DNA of 64,000 nt from an uncultured Blastocatellia bacterium (GTDB taxonomy: Bacteria; Acidobacteriota; Blastocatellia; HR10): assembly GCA_937934295.1 (NCBI GenBank), contig CALHAI010000018.1:966-64965 (forward strand), written 5' to 3'. Below are positions 1 to 10,585 of the stretch, piece by piece (position 1 is the first letter of the stretch; every line of letters begins with the position of its first letter). The notes beneath the pieces were generated by a model. That model had not been told where the DNA came from. It did not search any database and saw only the letters and a list, made by a program, of their open reading frames with translations. Position numbers and translations under genes: made by a program.

Positions 1-1213
1 CGTTCGTCCCCTCGAAGATGCGATTGATGCGCGCATCGCGATAAGCGCGTTCGACAGGATACTCCGCGCTGTAGCCGTTGCCGCCGAAGATCTGCACGGC
101 CTCATCGGCGACGTAATCGGCGAATTCGCTCCCGACGATTTTCGCGATCGCGCACTCGATGGCGTATTCTTCAACGGCCTGCATGCGGGCGGGTTGATCG
201 TCTTCGTCCAGTCCAGAGAGCGCGGCATCAATAAGGCCCGTCGTACGATAGACGGCGCTCTCGGCCACCCACGTTCGAATAGCCATCTCCGCGAGCTTGT
301 GCTTGATCAGGCCGAATTCGCAGATCGGGCGGCCGAACTGGCGACGCTGCTTCGCATACTGGAGCGCCGTCGTCAGACCGATCTTGCATCCGCCGACACA
401 ACTGGCGCCCAATCGGAGTCGGCCGAGGTTCAGAACGTTGAAGGCGATCTTATGCCCTTTGCCGATCTCACCGAGCAGATTCTCGACCGGCACACGCGCG
501 TTCTCAAACAACAAGGCGCGCGTCGAAGAGCCTTTGATGCCCATCTTCTTCTCTTCCTGACCGATGGTCAAACCCGGCGTGTCCCGATGGACGATGAAAC
601 AGGAGAAGTGCTCGCCGCCGACTTTCGCAAAGGTGATGAAGATATGCGCGAATCCGGCGTTGGTGATCCAGATCTTCGAGCCGTTCAAGAGATAGTGACG
701 GCCGTCGGGCGCCAGATCGGCGCGCGTCTTTCCGGCCAGCGCATCCGAGCCTGCTTCCGGTTCGGTGAGGGCATAGGCCGAGAGCCATTCACCGCTGGCG
801 AGCTTGGGGAGATATTTCCGCTTCTGCTCCACCGTGCCGAAGAGGACGATGGGTGCTGTGCCGATCCCCGTGTGTCCGCCGTGCGAGACAGCGAAGGAGC
901 TGTTGGCCGCGAGCTTTTCGGAGATGATCATCGCGCTCACCTTGTCTAAGCCGAGTCCGCCATAGCGCTCGGGGATCTCGACCGCGAGCAGTCCCACGCT
1001 GGCCGCGCGCCGCAGTAGCTCGACCATCAGCTCCAAGTTTTGACGTTCGATCTCCTCGGCGTTCGGCAAGACCTCGCGCTCCATGAACTCCTCGGCCGTG
1101 CGCGCGATCATCCAATGCTCTTCACTGAAGTCCTCCGGCGTGAACACGTCCTCGGGGGATGTCTCCTGGATTAAAAAACTCCCGCCTTTGATGCGTTCAT
1201 TTCCTTTCGCCAT
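1..1213 (-). CDS. acyl-CoA dehydrogenase (3' end beyond window edge)
   Basis: Manual translation from ATG at 1213: [29 protein letters not shown]...[12 protein letters not shown]; GGNGYS near the window start; last gene of the fad operon. Confidence 0.9.
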   Translation of the reverse strand, partial: MAKGNERIKGGSFLIQETSPEDVFTPEDFSEEHWMIARTAEEFMEREVLPNAEEIERQNLELMVELLRRAASVGLLAVEIPERYGGLGLDKVSAMIISEKLAANSSFAVSHGGHTGIGTAPIVLFGTVEQKRKYLPKLASGEWLSAYALTEPEAGSDALAGKTRADLAPDGRHYLLNGSKIWITNAGFAHIFITFAKVGGEHFSCFIVHRDTPGLTIGQEEKKMGIKGSSTRALLFENARVPVENLLGEIGKGHKIAFNVLNLGRLRLGASCVGGCKIGLTTALQYAKQRRQFGRPICEFGLIKHKLAEMAIRTWVAESAVYRTTGLIDAALSGLDEDDQPARMQAVEEYAIECAIAKIVGSEFADYVADEAVQIFGGNGYSAEYPVERAYRDARINRIFEGTN

Positions 1214-1241
1214 AGCCGTGTCCTCCTTCTTCGCGGCGGCA

Positions 1242-2423
1242 TCAGTCCACCCGTTCGAAGATCCCGGCGGCGCCCATGCCTCCGCCGATACACATGGTGA
1301 CCATGCCGTAGCGAGCGCCGCGCCGTTTCATCTCATAGAGGAGCGTCGCCGTCAGTTTCGCTCCTGTGCAACCGAGCGGATGGCCGAGGGCGATCGCTCC
1401 ACCGTTGACGTTGACCTTGTTCACGTCCAGCTCCAGGAGCTTGAGGACGGCCAACGCTTGAGCGGCGAAGGCTTCATTCAGCTCGATCAGGTCCAAATCG
1501 TCCAAGCCCAATCCCACCATGCGGAGCGCCTTGGGGATCGCCGCGACGGGGCCAATCCCCATCTCCTCAGGGGGGACGCCGGCGACGGCATACGCGATGA
1601 GCTTCCCCAAGGGGCGAACGCCCAAGGCCTCCGCCCTCTCGCGCGACATGACGACGACGGCAGCCGCTCCGTCACTCATCTGCGAGGAATTGCCGGCGGT
1701 GATCGTCCCCTCAACGTGGAACACCGGCTTGAGCTTCGCCAGGGCCTCAAGCGAGGTATCGCGACGCGGCCCCTCATCCGTGTCGAAGAGGGTCTCCTGC
1801 ACGCGCGGGCGTCCGCGTTCATCCAGCTCCTCGACAGGGACGCGAAGCGGGACGATCTCCTCCTTGAACTTTCCCGCATCTATGGCCGCGACGGCGCGCT
1901 CGTGACTCCGCAGGGCGAATCGGTCTTGCTCTTCGCGGGAGATGCCGTATTTCCGCACAAGGTTCTCGGCCGTCAGCCCCATGCTCAGGTACACGTCCGG
2001 ATAGTGCTCGAGGAGATAGGGATTGGGCGCGATCTTATACCCCCCCATCGGGATGAGCGACATGGATTCCGTGCCTCCGGCGAGGATCACATCGGCGAAT
2101 CCCGCGGCGATCCGCTCCGTCGCCAGCGCGATCGTCTGCAGGCCCGAGGAGCAGAAGCGATTCACCGTCATCGCGGGCACCGTATAGGGAAACCCCGCAC
2201 GCAGTGCAGCGATCCGTGCGACGTTCATCCCTTGCTCCCCCTCAGGCATGGCGCATCCCAGGATGACGTCATCGATCTCCTCCGGGCGCAACCCGGGGAC
2301 GCGCCGCACGGCTTCGGCCAAGACGACGGCGGCCATATCGTCCGGGCGCATGTGGCGCAATGCCCCTTTGTGCGCTTTTCCGACAGCCGTTCGCACGGCG
2401 GCGACGATCACGGCTTCACGCAT
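1242..2423 (-). CDS. fadA: acetyl-CoA C-acyltransferase (thiolase)
   Basis: [23 protein letters not shown] and CIGGGMG thiolase motifs. Confidence 0.95.
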   Translation of the reverse strand: MREAVIVAAVRTAVGKAHKGALRHMRPDDMAAVVLAEAVRRVPGLRPEEIDDVILGCAMPEGEQGMNVARIAALRAGFPYTVPAMTVNRFCSSGLQTIALATERIAAGFADVILAGGTESMSLIPMGGYKIAPNPYLLEHYPDVYLSMGLTAENLVRKYGISREEQDRFALRSHERAVAAIDAGKFKEEIVPLRVPVEELDERGRPRVQETLFDTDEGPRRDTSLEALAKLKPVFHVEGTITAGNSSQMSDGAAAVVVMSRERAEALGVRPLGKLIAYAVAGVPPEEMGIGPVAAIPKALRMVGLGLDDLDLIELNEAFAAQALAVLKLLELDVNKVNVNGGAIALGHPLGCTGAKLTATLLYEMKRRGARYGMVTMCIGGGMGAAGIFERVD

Positions 2424-2452
2424 ACCCCCCTCCTTTCGGTCATCCGCGACGC

Positions 2453-4873
2453 TCAGTTCCTGAGCGGTTTCCCTTCCGCGAGCATATGCCGCATGCGCTC
2501 GCGCGTCTTCGGCTCCCCGAGCAGCGAGAGGAAGGCCTCACGTTCGAGATCGAGCAGGTACACTTCGCTCACCGAGCGCGGCGCGCGCAGATCGCCTCCG
2601 CAGAGCACCCAGGCGAGCTTGCGCCCGATATGGGCATCGTACTCGGTGATCTGTCCGGCGCGCCAGGCCAGATGAATGCCCAACTTGAGCGCGGCCAAGC
2701 CCGGCTCGCCGAGCACGGGAATCTCAGCGGGCGGACTCAGCGGCTCATACCCCTCGCGCACGAGCGCCAGCACCGTCTCTTTCGCATCGGCGATGAGCCG
2801 ATCGCGGTTCATCGTGATGGGATCGGTAGGGCGCAGCAAGCCCATCCTCTTCGCCTCGTGGGCGCTGCCGGAGACCTTCGCCAGAGCGATCGTCTCAAAC
2901 GCCTGTCGGACATAGGGGAACACATCCACCGAATCCCCGCGCGGCGCGCGTTCGAGCATGCGCAGCAACAACTCCTTCGTCCCCCCTCCGGCGGGGATCA
3001 GCCCGACGCTCACCTCGACCAAACCGATGTACGTCTCGGCGGCGGCGCGCACCTTCGGCGCATGCAGCGTGATCTCGCATCCTCCGCCGAGCGTCAAGCC
3101 AAACGGAGCGACGACGACCGGCTTCTTCGCGTACTTCAGCGCGAGGTTCACTTTCTGGAAGGCGCGGATCATCGCATCCAACTCCTCCCATTCTCCTTCC
3201 TCGGCGGCCAGGAGAAGGAGCACGAGATTCGCGCCCGCCGAGAAATGCTCACCTTGATTGCCGATGACCAAGCCCTCGAAATCCTCATCCACACGCTCGA
3301 GGGCGTAGTGCAACATCTGGACCGTATCGGCGCCGATCGTGTTCATCTTCGAGTGAAACTCCAGACAGGCGACGCCATCGCCGAGATCAATGAGGCTCGC
3401 CCCGGGATTCGAGCGAACGAGGCGATTTTGCGCCTTCAGACGGGAGAGCAACAGCAAGCCCGGCGGAAGCTCGACCTCTCGATGGGTCGCGCTCGCCAGA
3501 TCGAAGTAAAGCTGACGTCCCGCCTCTTCGCGATAGAAGGTCTCGTTCCCCGACGCGAGCAGCGCCTGCACGAGCGGGGGGATCGCGCGCCCTTCGCGCT
3601 CCAGTCGCTCGACCATCCAGCGAACGCCCAGCGCATCCCACGTCTCGAAGGGGCCGAGTTCCCAATTGAAGCCCCATTTCATCGCGCGATCCACCTGCAC
3701 GATGTCCTCGGCGATCTCCGGAATCCGATGGGCCGCATAGAGCAACGTCTCGCTCACGATCGTCCAGAGGAATTGCCCCACCCGATCCGAACCGCGGACG
3801 AGCGTTCGCAGGCGCTCTCGCACATCCTCGATCGTACGGGCCATCTCGAGCGCGGGCAGATACACCCGCTGACGCGGCCGGTATTCGAGCGTCCGGTAAT
3901 CGAGAGCGAAGATCTCGCGGCTGATCGGATCCCGGCGATAAAAGCCCTGTCCGGCCTTCTCGCCGATCCATCCGCGACGAATCATCTCCTGCACGAAATC
4001 GGGAAGGGCGAAGACCTCGCGCCACTCATCATGAGGCGCATTGGCGGCGATGTTCTCAACCACGCGCGCGAGGACATCAAGCCCCACGAGATCGGCCGTC
4101 CGAAAGGTCGCGCTCTTCGGGTGACCGATGAGCGAGCCCGTCAGCGCATCCACCTCCTCGAGGGTCAGCTCGTTCTCCAGCATGGCCCGCAGCGTGCCGA
4201 GGAAGGAGAAGGTGCCGATCCGATTGGCGATGAAATTCGGCGTGTCCTTGGCGAAGACGACGCCTTTGCCGAGCACACGATCGCAGACATCGGCGATCGC
4301 GCGCACGACCCCCGGATCGGTCTCCGGCGTCGGGATCACTTCGACGAGCTTCATGTACCGAGGGGGATTGAAAAAGTGCGTGCCCAGAAAATGGCGCCGG
4401 AAACTCTCCGAGAGTCCTTCCTGCAACTGCGCGATCGGGATGCCGGAGGTGTTCGAGCTGACGATCGCATTGGGATGCCGATACGGCTCCACGCGCCGGA
4501 AGAGTGCCCGCTTGATCTCCCGATCCTCAACGACGGCCTCGATGATCCACTCGGCCGTGGCGACCTTCGGCAGATCGTCCTCGAAATTCCCCACCGTGAT
4601 GAGGCGTGCTCGATCCGGATCGAAAAAGGCTGGCGGATGGAGCTGCTTCGCTCGTTCCAATCCCAGGCGCGCGATCCGATTGCGTACCTCCGGGCTCTCC
4701 GGCGTCAGTCCCCGTGCCCGTTCGTCCTCCGTGAGGGACGCCGGCACGATGTCAAGCAGCAGGATCTCGATCCCAGCGTTCGCCAAGTGCGCGGCGATCT
4801 GTGCCCCCATCACGCCCGCTCCGAGCACGGCCGCTTTCTGAATCTTCCTCTTCGTCATGATGACATCTCCCAC
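2453..4873 (-). CDS. fadN: 3-hydroxyacyl-CoA dehydrogenase / enoyl-CoA hydratase (FadN type)
   Basis: GAGVMG Rossmann motif, HFFNPPRY, C-terminal crotonase domain ([13 protein letters not shown]); start may be 4858. Confidence 0.92.
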   Translation of the reverse strand: MGDVIMTKRKIQKAAVLGAGVMGAQIAAHLANAGIEILLLDIVPASLTEDERARGLTPESPEVRNRIARLGLERAKQLHPPAFFDPDRARLITVGNFEDDLPKVATAEWIIEAVVEDREIKRALFRRVEPYRHPNAIVSSNTSGIPIAQLQEGLSESFRRHFLGTHFFNPPRYMKLVEVIPTPETDPGVVRAIADVCDRVLGKGVVFAKDTPNFIANRIGTFSFLGTLRAMLENELTLEEVDALTGSLIGHPKSATFRTADLVGLDVLARVVENIAANAPHDEWREVFALPDFVQEMIRRGWIGEKAGQGFYRRDPISREIFALDYRTLEYRPRQRVYLPALEMARTIEDVRERLRTLVRGSDRVGQFLWTIVSETLLYAAHRIPEIAEDIVQVDRAMKWGFNWELGPFETWDALGVRWMVERLEREGRAIPPLVQALLASGNETFYREEAGRQLYFDLASATHREVELPPGLLLLSRLKAQNRLVRSNPGASLIDLGDGVACLEFHSKMNTIGADTVQMLHYALERVDEDFEGLVIGNQGEHFSAGANLVLLLLAAEEGEWEELDAMIRAFQKVNLALKYAKKPVVVAPFGLTLGGGCEITLHAPKVRAAAETYIGLVEVSVGLIPAGGGTKELLLRMLERAPRGDSVDVFPYVRQAFETIALAKVSGSAHEAKRMGLLRPTDPITMNRDRLIADAKETVLALVREGYEPLSPPAEIPVLGEPGLAALKLGIHLAWRAGQITEYDAHIGRKLAWVLCGGDLRAPRSVSEVYLLDLEREAFLSLLGEPKTRERMRHMLAEGKPLRN

Positions 4874-4876
4874 GCG

Positions 4877-6676
4877 TCATTCCGCGTACAAGCGTTCGAT
4901 GATGTCTCGATATTTCTGCGCGATGATGCGACGCCGCACCTTCAGCGTCGGCGTCAATTCCTCTTCGGCGATCGTCAGTTCGCGCTCCAGCAGGGCGATC
5001 TTCTTCACCCGTTCGTAAGGCGAGAAGTCCGCCATCAGGCGCTCCACCTCTTCCTCGTACAGGCGTTGGATCGCCGGATGGGCGCATAACTCGCGCTCTT
5101 CTCGAAATGGGATCCTTCGCTCTTCGGCATATCGTCGAAGCGCGCCGAAGTTGGGGACGATGAGCGCGGCTGGGAACTTTCGCTCCTCACCTACGACGAC
5201 CGCTTGTGCGATCAACGGGCTGGCCATGAGCCGATTCTCCAGCGCCTGCGGCGCCACGTACTTCCCCCCGCTCGTCTTGATCAGATCTTTCTTTCGATCG
5301 GTGATGACCAGGTATCCCTCCGCATCGAGGAATCCCACATCGCCCGTGCGCAACCAGCCATCCTCGGTGAAGGCGGCCGCCGTCTCTTCGGGACGGTTGT
5401 AGTACCCGAGCATGACGTTGGGTCCGCGCACGAGGATCTCGCCGTCGTCGGCGATCTTGACCTCGACACCGGGAATGGGCCGACCCACCGTCCCGATCTT
5501 ATTCGCTCCCGGAGGATTCACCGTGACGACGGGTGAGGTCTCCGTGAGGCCGTAGCCTTGGAGAATCTCCAGGCCCAGACCGAGGAAGAAATAGGCGACA
5601 TCGGGGGCGAGCGCGGCGCCGCCGCTGATGAGCGAGCGGGTGCGATCCAGTCCGAGCTGGTGGCGAATACGCGAGAGGACCAGGCGTTCGGCCGCTCCAT
5701 ATGACCATTGCTGCCACGGCGAGACGGGGCCCGCCGTCTGCCGCGCGCGTTGATACCGCTCGCCCGTGCGCAGACCCCAGAGCACCATGCGCCGCTTGAA
5801 CGTCGGCAGCGCGAGACTCGCTGTCAGAATGCGTTCGCGCATCTTCTCGAAGAGGCGCGGCACGCCGACCAGGACCGTCGGGCGAACCTCACGCAAATTC
5901 TCGGCCACTTTATCGAAAGCTTCGGCGTAATAGATGCTCATCCCGCTATGCAGATAGCAGTAGAACGCCATGCGTTCGAAACTGTGCGAGAGCGGGAGGA
6001 TCGACAGGACGACATCGCGTGAGGAATAGCCGAGGACGCGCATGGCCGCTATGACGTTCGAGGTGATGTTCCCGTGGGTGAGCATTACCCCTTTCGGCTC
6101 GCCCGTCGTCCCCGAGGTATAGAGCAATGTCGCCAGATCCGTTGGACGGACAGCGCGACGCAGGCGATCGTAGAGCTCCGGTTCGTGTTCGGCCTCTTGT
6201 CGCCCACGCTCGAAGAGCTGAGAGAAGGGGCACAGGCGGTCGTCCGCAATCCTCTCAAACGCGATGATCTTCTCCACGGACTCCACGCTGAAGAGCGCAT
6301 CGCGCACGCGCTGCCACTGCTCGCCGGTCGAGATCAGGAGCAGGCGCGCCCCTGAGTCGCGCAGGATGTGCGCGACTTGCGCCGGGGCTTGCGTGGCATG
6401 GATCGGGACGTCTACGGCACCCAACGCCAGAAGCGCCAGATCCGAGAGCGTCCACTCCAGCCGATTCTCCGATAAGATCGCGACGCGATCGCCCGGGCGA
6501 ACGCCCTCGGCGTAAAACCCGAGAGCGAGCGCTCGTACTCGTTCGGCGAGCGCGTCAGCCGAGAGGGCGACCCACCGGCCTTCGGAACGGTGGTTGAGGA
6601 CATCGGGTCTGGACCCATAGCGCGCGAGCGCCTCGGCGAAGAGTTCATTGAGCGTCGTCGGCTCTGCGAACGCCAT
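4877..6676 (-). CDS. fadD: long-chain fatty acid-CoA ligase
   Basis: YTSGTTGEPKG, GYGLTE, GWLRTGD, DRKKD motifs. Confidence 0.92.
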   Translation of the reverse strand: MAFAEPTTLNELFAEALARYGSRPDVLNHRSEGRWVALSADALAERVRALALGFYAEGVRPGDRVAILSENRLEWTLSDLALLALGAVDVPIHATQAPAQVAHILRDSGARLLLISTGEQWQRVRDALFSVESVEKIIAFERIADDRLCPFSQLFERGRQEAEHEPELYDRLRRAVRPTDLATLLYTSGTTGEPKGVMLTHGNITSNVIAAMRVLGYSSRDVVLSILPLSHSFERMAFYCYLHSGMSIYYAEAFDKVAENLREVRPTVLVGVPRLFEKMRERILTASLALPTFKRRMVLWGLRTGERYQRARQTAGPVSPWQQWSYGAAERLVLSRIRHQLGLDRTRSLISGGAALAPDVAYFFLGLGLEILQGYGLTETSPVVTVNPPGANKIGTVGRPIPGVEVKIADDGEILVRGPNVMLGYYNRPEETAAAFTEDGWLRTGDVGFLDAEGYLVITDRKKDLIKTSGGKYVAPQALENRLMASPLIAQAVVVGEERKFPAALIVPNFGALRRYAEERRIPFREERELCAHPAIQRLYEEEVERLMADFSPYERVKKIALLERELTIAEEELTPTLKVRRRIIAQKYRDIIERLYAE

Positions 6677-6890
6677 CTTCCGTGCCCGCTTCGTCAGGTG
6701 TCCGCCCCATGCTGCGCCGCTCTACTATAGTCGGTCCCGAAGTCCGCGCGCAAGCGGCCCGGTTGAGTCGAAATCGCGGATCATTACGGGTCACGCTCGA
6801 ACGGCTCGCCCACCGTTGCCGGAACCTTACAATGTGGTGTACTATTGCTGCCGCATGGCGGATCGAAGTTCGTGAAGGGGAGTCGCGCGC

Positions 6891-8132
6891 ATGGCGATGA
6901 AATTCAAAGTGAGCGTCCTGGTCGTCTCGGTCGCCGTCGCCCTCTACGTGGTGATCGGCGGATTGCTGCCGCGCCGCGGCGTAATCGCCAGTTACAACGA
7001 TCCCTATTCCCAGTTGACGATCTTTCAGGAAGTCCTCACGCGCATCATCAACGATTACGTGGACGAACCCGATCTGGAAAAGGTACGCGTGGGCGCCTTG
7101 CGAGGATTAGCCGAGGGCTTGGATCCGTACAGCGCCTATTTGACGCCTGAGCAGGTCCGACGTTTGAACGGGGGGCGCGCGGAAGCGGGACTCGAGAGCG
7201 GCATCGTCCTCTCGAAGGTCGCCGGATACGCCTATGTGGTCTCCGTTCTGAAAGGATCTCCCGCCGAAATCGCCGGCCTTCGCCCCGGCGACGTCATCGA
7301 GTACATTGGGGCGCGCGCGACGCGCGATATGAGCCTTTACGAAGCCCGCGAGTTGCTGGTCGGGCCATCGGGGAAGGAGATCGAGCTCAAGGTCTTCCGG
7401 GAAGGACGATCGGAGACCTTCAAGTTCAAACTCGAGCCCTTCCCGCGTCCTAAGCCTGAGGCGAAGGTCCTGGAGCGAGGGCTGGGCTATTTGAAACTCG
7501 CGACGCTCGAAGAGGGGGAGTCGGTTCGCATTCGTGAAGAGTTGGAGCGTCTGATCGCCCAAGGGGTGAATCAGTTGATCGTGGACGTGCGCGGTGTCGC
7601 GACGGGGACGTTGGCCGAGGCGATCACCGTCGCGAACTATTTCATCGGCTCAGGTACGCTGGCTAAGACGATCGGGCGAGAGGGGCGAGTCCTGCAGACC
7701 TTCACGGCGGATCCCCAGCGGCAGCTCTATCGCGGCGAATTGGTCGTGCTGATTGATCGGAGCACTGCCGGAGTGGCCGAGATCATCGCCGCCGCCATCT
7801 TAGAGAACAAACGCGGCGAATTGGTGGGCGAGCGGACCTTCGGGGCCGGGGGAGAGCAGAAGCTCTTCCCGATGCGAGATGGCGGTGGGCTCTATATCAC
7901 CGTTGTGAAGTACGCGATGCCTTCGGGCAGACCGATTATGGGCAGCACTTCGGCGACCAGCGGCATCGTCCCAACGGTAGAAGTGCCGCGGCCGGATCGC
8001 GGACCAACACCGGAGGAGCTCGAAGAGCGAGAGGAGCTGCCTCCGGAAGAGCCCTTGATCCATCCGCCCACTCCGGCTCCTTCCGAGGATCTCCCGCTGA
8101 AGAGGGCCATCGAGATCCTGCGAAAGAAGTGA
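6891..8132 (+). CDS. S41/CtpA-family PDZ protein, catalytic residues apparently lost
   Basis: N-terminal TM, LDPYSAY, PDZ (GSPAEIAGLRPGD), S41 core; STAGVAE and TFGAG in place of SASASE and TFGKG. Confidence 0.85.
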   Translation: MAMKFKVSVLVVSVAVALYVVIGGLLPRRGVIASYNDPYSQLTIFQEVLTRIINDYVDEPDLEKVRVGALRGLAEGLDPYSAYLTPEQVRRLNGGRAEAGLESGIVLSKVAGYAYVVSVLKGSPAEIAGLRPGDVIEYIGARATRDMSLYEARELLVGPSGKEIELKVFREGRSETFKFKLEPFPRPKPEAKVLERGLGYLKLATLEEGESVRIREELERLIAQGVNQLIVDVRGVATGTLAEAITVANYFIGSGTLAKTIGREGRVLQTFTADPQRQLYRGELVVLIDRSTAGVAEIIAAAILENKRGELVGERTFGAGGEQKLFPMRDGGGLYITVVKYAMPSGRPIMGSTSATSGIVPTVEVPRPDRGPTPEELEEREELPPEEPLIHPPTPAPSEDLPLKRAIEILRKK

Positions 8133-8145
8133 GTGGCATCGGCCA

Positions 8146-9210
8146 TTACGCCTGAGCTCGTAGGTACCGAAGGAGAAACGTTCGAAAGGCTTCCGTATCT
8201 TCCAAGCGGGCCTCGATCCGAGCCACATAAAGCGGAGGGGTTTCCGGGAGCGGGAGCGATTCCAGACGAACCCAATCTTTCTCCGTAGTCACGAGAAATT
8301 CAGCCCCAGCGGCCTCCGCTTCCCGGAACAAGCGCGCTACATCCCTGGGCGTGTACCAGTGGTGGTCTTGGAAGGCTCGGAAGAAGACGATCCGAGCGCG
8401 ATAGTGAGCGAGGTCGCTCTCGAAGAGCTGTGGATTCCCCACGGCGCAAAAAGCGCCGATCGCCCGCCTGTAGAGTTTCTGAGGGGAGAGCGCGTGTCCG
8501 AGGCCAGGGGAGAAGAGTTCGACGATCTCATGATAGCTGTAGAAGATCGGGAGCGGACCGGCCAGCTCACGCAACCGCGCTTCGAGAAGAAGCTGATCGA
8601 ATGGATGATCGGCTCGCGTGACGATGATGGCCGAAGCCCGCGTGATCTCGCTCAACGGTTCGCGCAATCGCCCCAAGGGAAGGAGCGCATCATCCCCAAA
8701 GGGATCCAGAGCGTCAATGAGCAGCAGATTGAGATCGCGTTCGAGAGCGAGGTGTTGAAACGCGTCATCGAGCACGTGGACGTCCGGTCGGAAGCGCTCT
8801 TCGATGTGACGAGCGACCGCGTAGCGGTGGGCGCCGACGGCGACGATGGCACCGGGAAGGCGGCGGGCCAGAAGGATCGGCTCATCTCCGGCGTCCTGAA
8901 CCGTCGCATGCATCTGAAGGCCATCGGAGACGAGCACGAAAGGGGCGCGCGAGCGCCGGCCATATCCGCGACTGATAACGGATGGACGGTAACCTTCTGC
9001 CAGAAGCAAGCGCGCGGTGTATTCGACAAGCGGGGTCTTACCCGTCCCTCCAACGGTGAGATTACCCACGCTGATGGTGAAGGCGCGCGCGCGCTTGGGC
9101 CTCACATAGCCCGCCTTGTACAGCGCGAGTCGAAAAGCGACGCCAAACTTGAACAGCAGCGCCAACCCTTTTCGGATCGGTCGCGGGAGTTGCAGGAGTC
9201 GCTCAATCAT
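8146..9210 (-). CDS. lpxK: tetraacyldisaccharide 4'-kinase
   Basis: SVGNLTVGGTGKTP, SRGYG, GDEP, LDDAFQH, TTEKD; start overlaps waaA stop. Confidence 0.95.
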   Translation of the reverse strand: MIERLLQLPRPIRKGLALLFKFGVAFRLALYKAGYVRPKRARAFTISVGNLTVGGTGKTPLVEYTARLLLAEGYRPSVISRGYGRRSRAPFVLVSDGLQMHATVQDAGDEPILLARRLPGAIVAVGAHRYAVARHIEERFRPDVHVLDDAFQHLALERDLNLLLIDALDPFGDDALLPLGRLREPLSEITRASAIIVTRADHPFDQLLLEARLRELAGPLPIFYSYHEIVELFSPGLGHALSPQKLYRRAIGAFCAVGNPQLFESDLAHYRARIVFFRAFQDHHWYTPRDVARLFREAEAAGAEFLVTTEKDWVRLESLPLPETPPLYVARIEARLEDTEAFRTFLLRYLRAQA

Positions 9211-10526
9211 CTCTTCCCCATCACCTCGGCGAGGATCGGTTTCAGATGGGCGAGGATGCGCTCTGTCGTTCCACGATGTTGCGCGAGGAAACGGCAAGTG
9301 GCTTCGTGAAGACGCGCTCGCAGGTCTTCCTCCAGAAGGAGTTGGCCGAGCGCATGGGCGAGGGCGCGAGCGAGCGCTTCCGGGGGCGCCTGAGCGGGGA
9401 TGCGCCACACGCAGGCCTCATAGGCCGGGAAATTCGGATCGCTATATCGGGGGCCGACGATGACGCGGGCGCCGCGCACAAGCGGCTCGATCACATTGTG
9501 GGCGAGGGAAGCGTAGAAACTTCCACCGATCACGGCCACGTGAGCCAACCGATAGACCGCGGCCAGTTCCCCAATGGTATCCAGGAGGATGACCTCGGCT
9601 CGTTCGACCTCCTCTCGATTAGTCGCGCGCGTGCGGCGGACAGATGGTACTGTCGAGGCCCGCAGCAGATCTTCTACTTCATCGAACCGTTCCGGGCGTC
9701 GGGGAGCGATGAGAAGGCGCGCCGAACGAAGGCGTGCGTGTTCGGCCTTGAGGATTTCGAACGCGCGGAGGATCAGCGCTTCTTCGCCCGGTGCTGTGCT
9801 CCCGGCGACAATGAGCGGGCGGTCGGTGGAGAGTCCAAGGCTTCGCGCCAACTCTTCGACTCTTGTCGCCTCGTCCGCTGGGGGACGCGCATCCCACTTC
9901 ACATTGCCGACGACGTGCACGCGTTCCCCGGGGGCACCCAATTCGCGCATCCGGCGGGCGTCCTCTTCGCTTTGCAGGAGCAGGAGGCGGAAGTTTTCGA
10001 GGACGCGTCGCATGAACGGGCGAACCCATCGGTATCGGCGGAACGAGCGATCCGAGAGGCGACCGCTCACCAACAGGACAGGAATGTTTCGTCGGGCGCA
10101 TTGGCGCAAGAAATTCGGCCAGATCTCCGTTTCCAGGATAAGGACGAGGCTTGGATGAAGTCGCTTCAGAGCGCGCGCGACGGAGAGGGGCCAATCGAAC
10201 GGGAAATAGACGATCCGCGCCTTGGTCGCGTAGCGGCGGCGGGCGATCTGCTGTCCCGTCTCCGTCACGGTCGAGAGCACGAGCTGGAACGCCGAGGGGC
10301 CTTCTACCGCTGCGGCGAGGGCTTCGATCAAGGGCTCGGCGGCGAGAATCTCGCCGACCGAGACGCCGTGAATCCAAAGGACCGGCTTCTCTTGCGGAAG
10401 TGACGGGGGGGAACCGAGACGCTCGCGCCATCCTCGGCGTCCTCCTCTGGCGATGGCCACGATCAGATAGGGGAGGAGGAAGACGGTCGCCAGAAGCAGC
10501 AACAGGTTGTAGAGCGCATATCCCAT
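9207..10526 (-). CDS. waaA: 3-deoxy-D-manno-octulosonic acid (Kdo) transferase
   Basis: WIHGVSVGE, ETEIWPN, GNVKWD, DTIGEL. Confidence 0.95.
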   Translation of the reverse strand: MGYALYNLLLLLATVFLLPYLIVAIARGGRRGWRERLGSPPSLPQEKPVLWIHGVSVGEILAAEPLIEALAAAVEGPSAFQLVLSTVTETGQQIARRRYATKARIVYFPFDWPLSVARALKRLHPSLVLILETEIWPNFLRQCARRNIPVLLVSGRLSDRSFRRYRWVRPFMRRVLENFRLLLLQSEEDARRMRELGAPGERVHVVGNVKWDARPPADEATRVEELARSLGLSTDRPLIVAGSTAPGEEALILRAFEILKAEHARLRSARLLIAPRRPERFDEVEDLLRASTVPSVRRTRATNREEVERAEVILLDTIGELAAVYRLAHVAVIGGSFYASLAHNVIEPLVRGARVIVGPRYSDPNFPAYEACVWRIPAQAPPEALARALAHALGQLLLEEDLRARLHEATCRFLAQHRGTTERILAHLKPILAEVMGKR

Positions 10527-10585
10527 GTGTGGCGATCAAGGAGAGGAGGCCTCCCACGCGAGAGCGCGGGAGGCCGTTTGGCACG

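Noticed and set aside
1083-5089. Very long plus-strand ORFs (530 and 909 aa) and many similar antisense ORFs across the window
   Set aside because: Shadows of real genes on the opposite strand in GC-rich DNA; no recognisable motifs.
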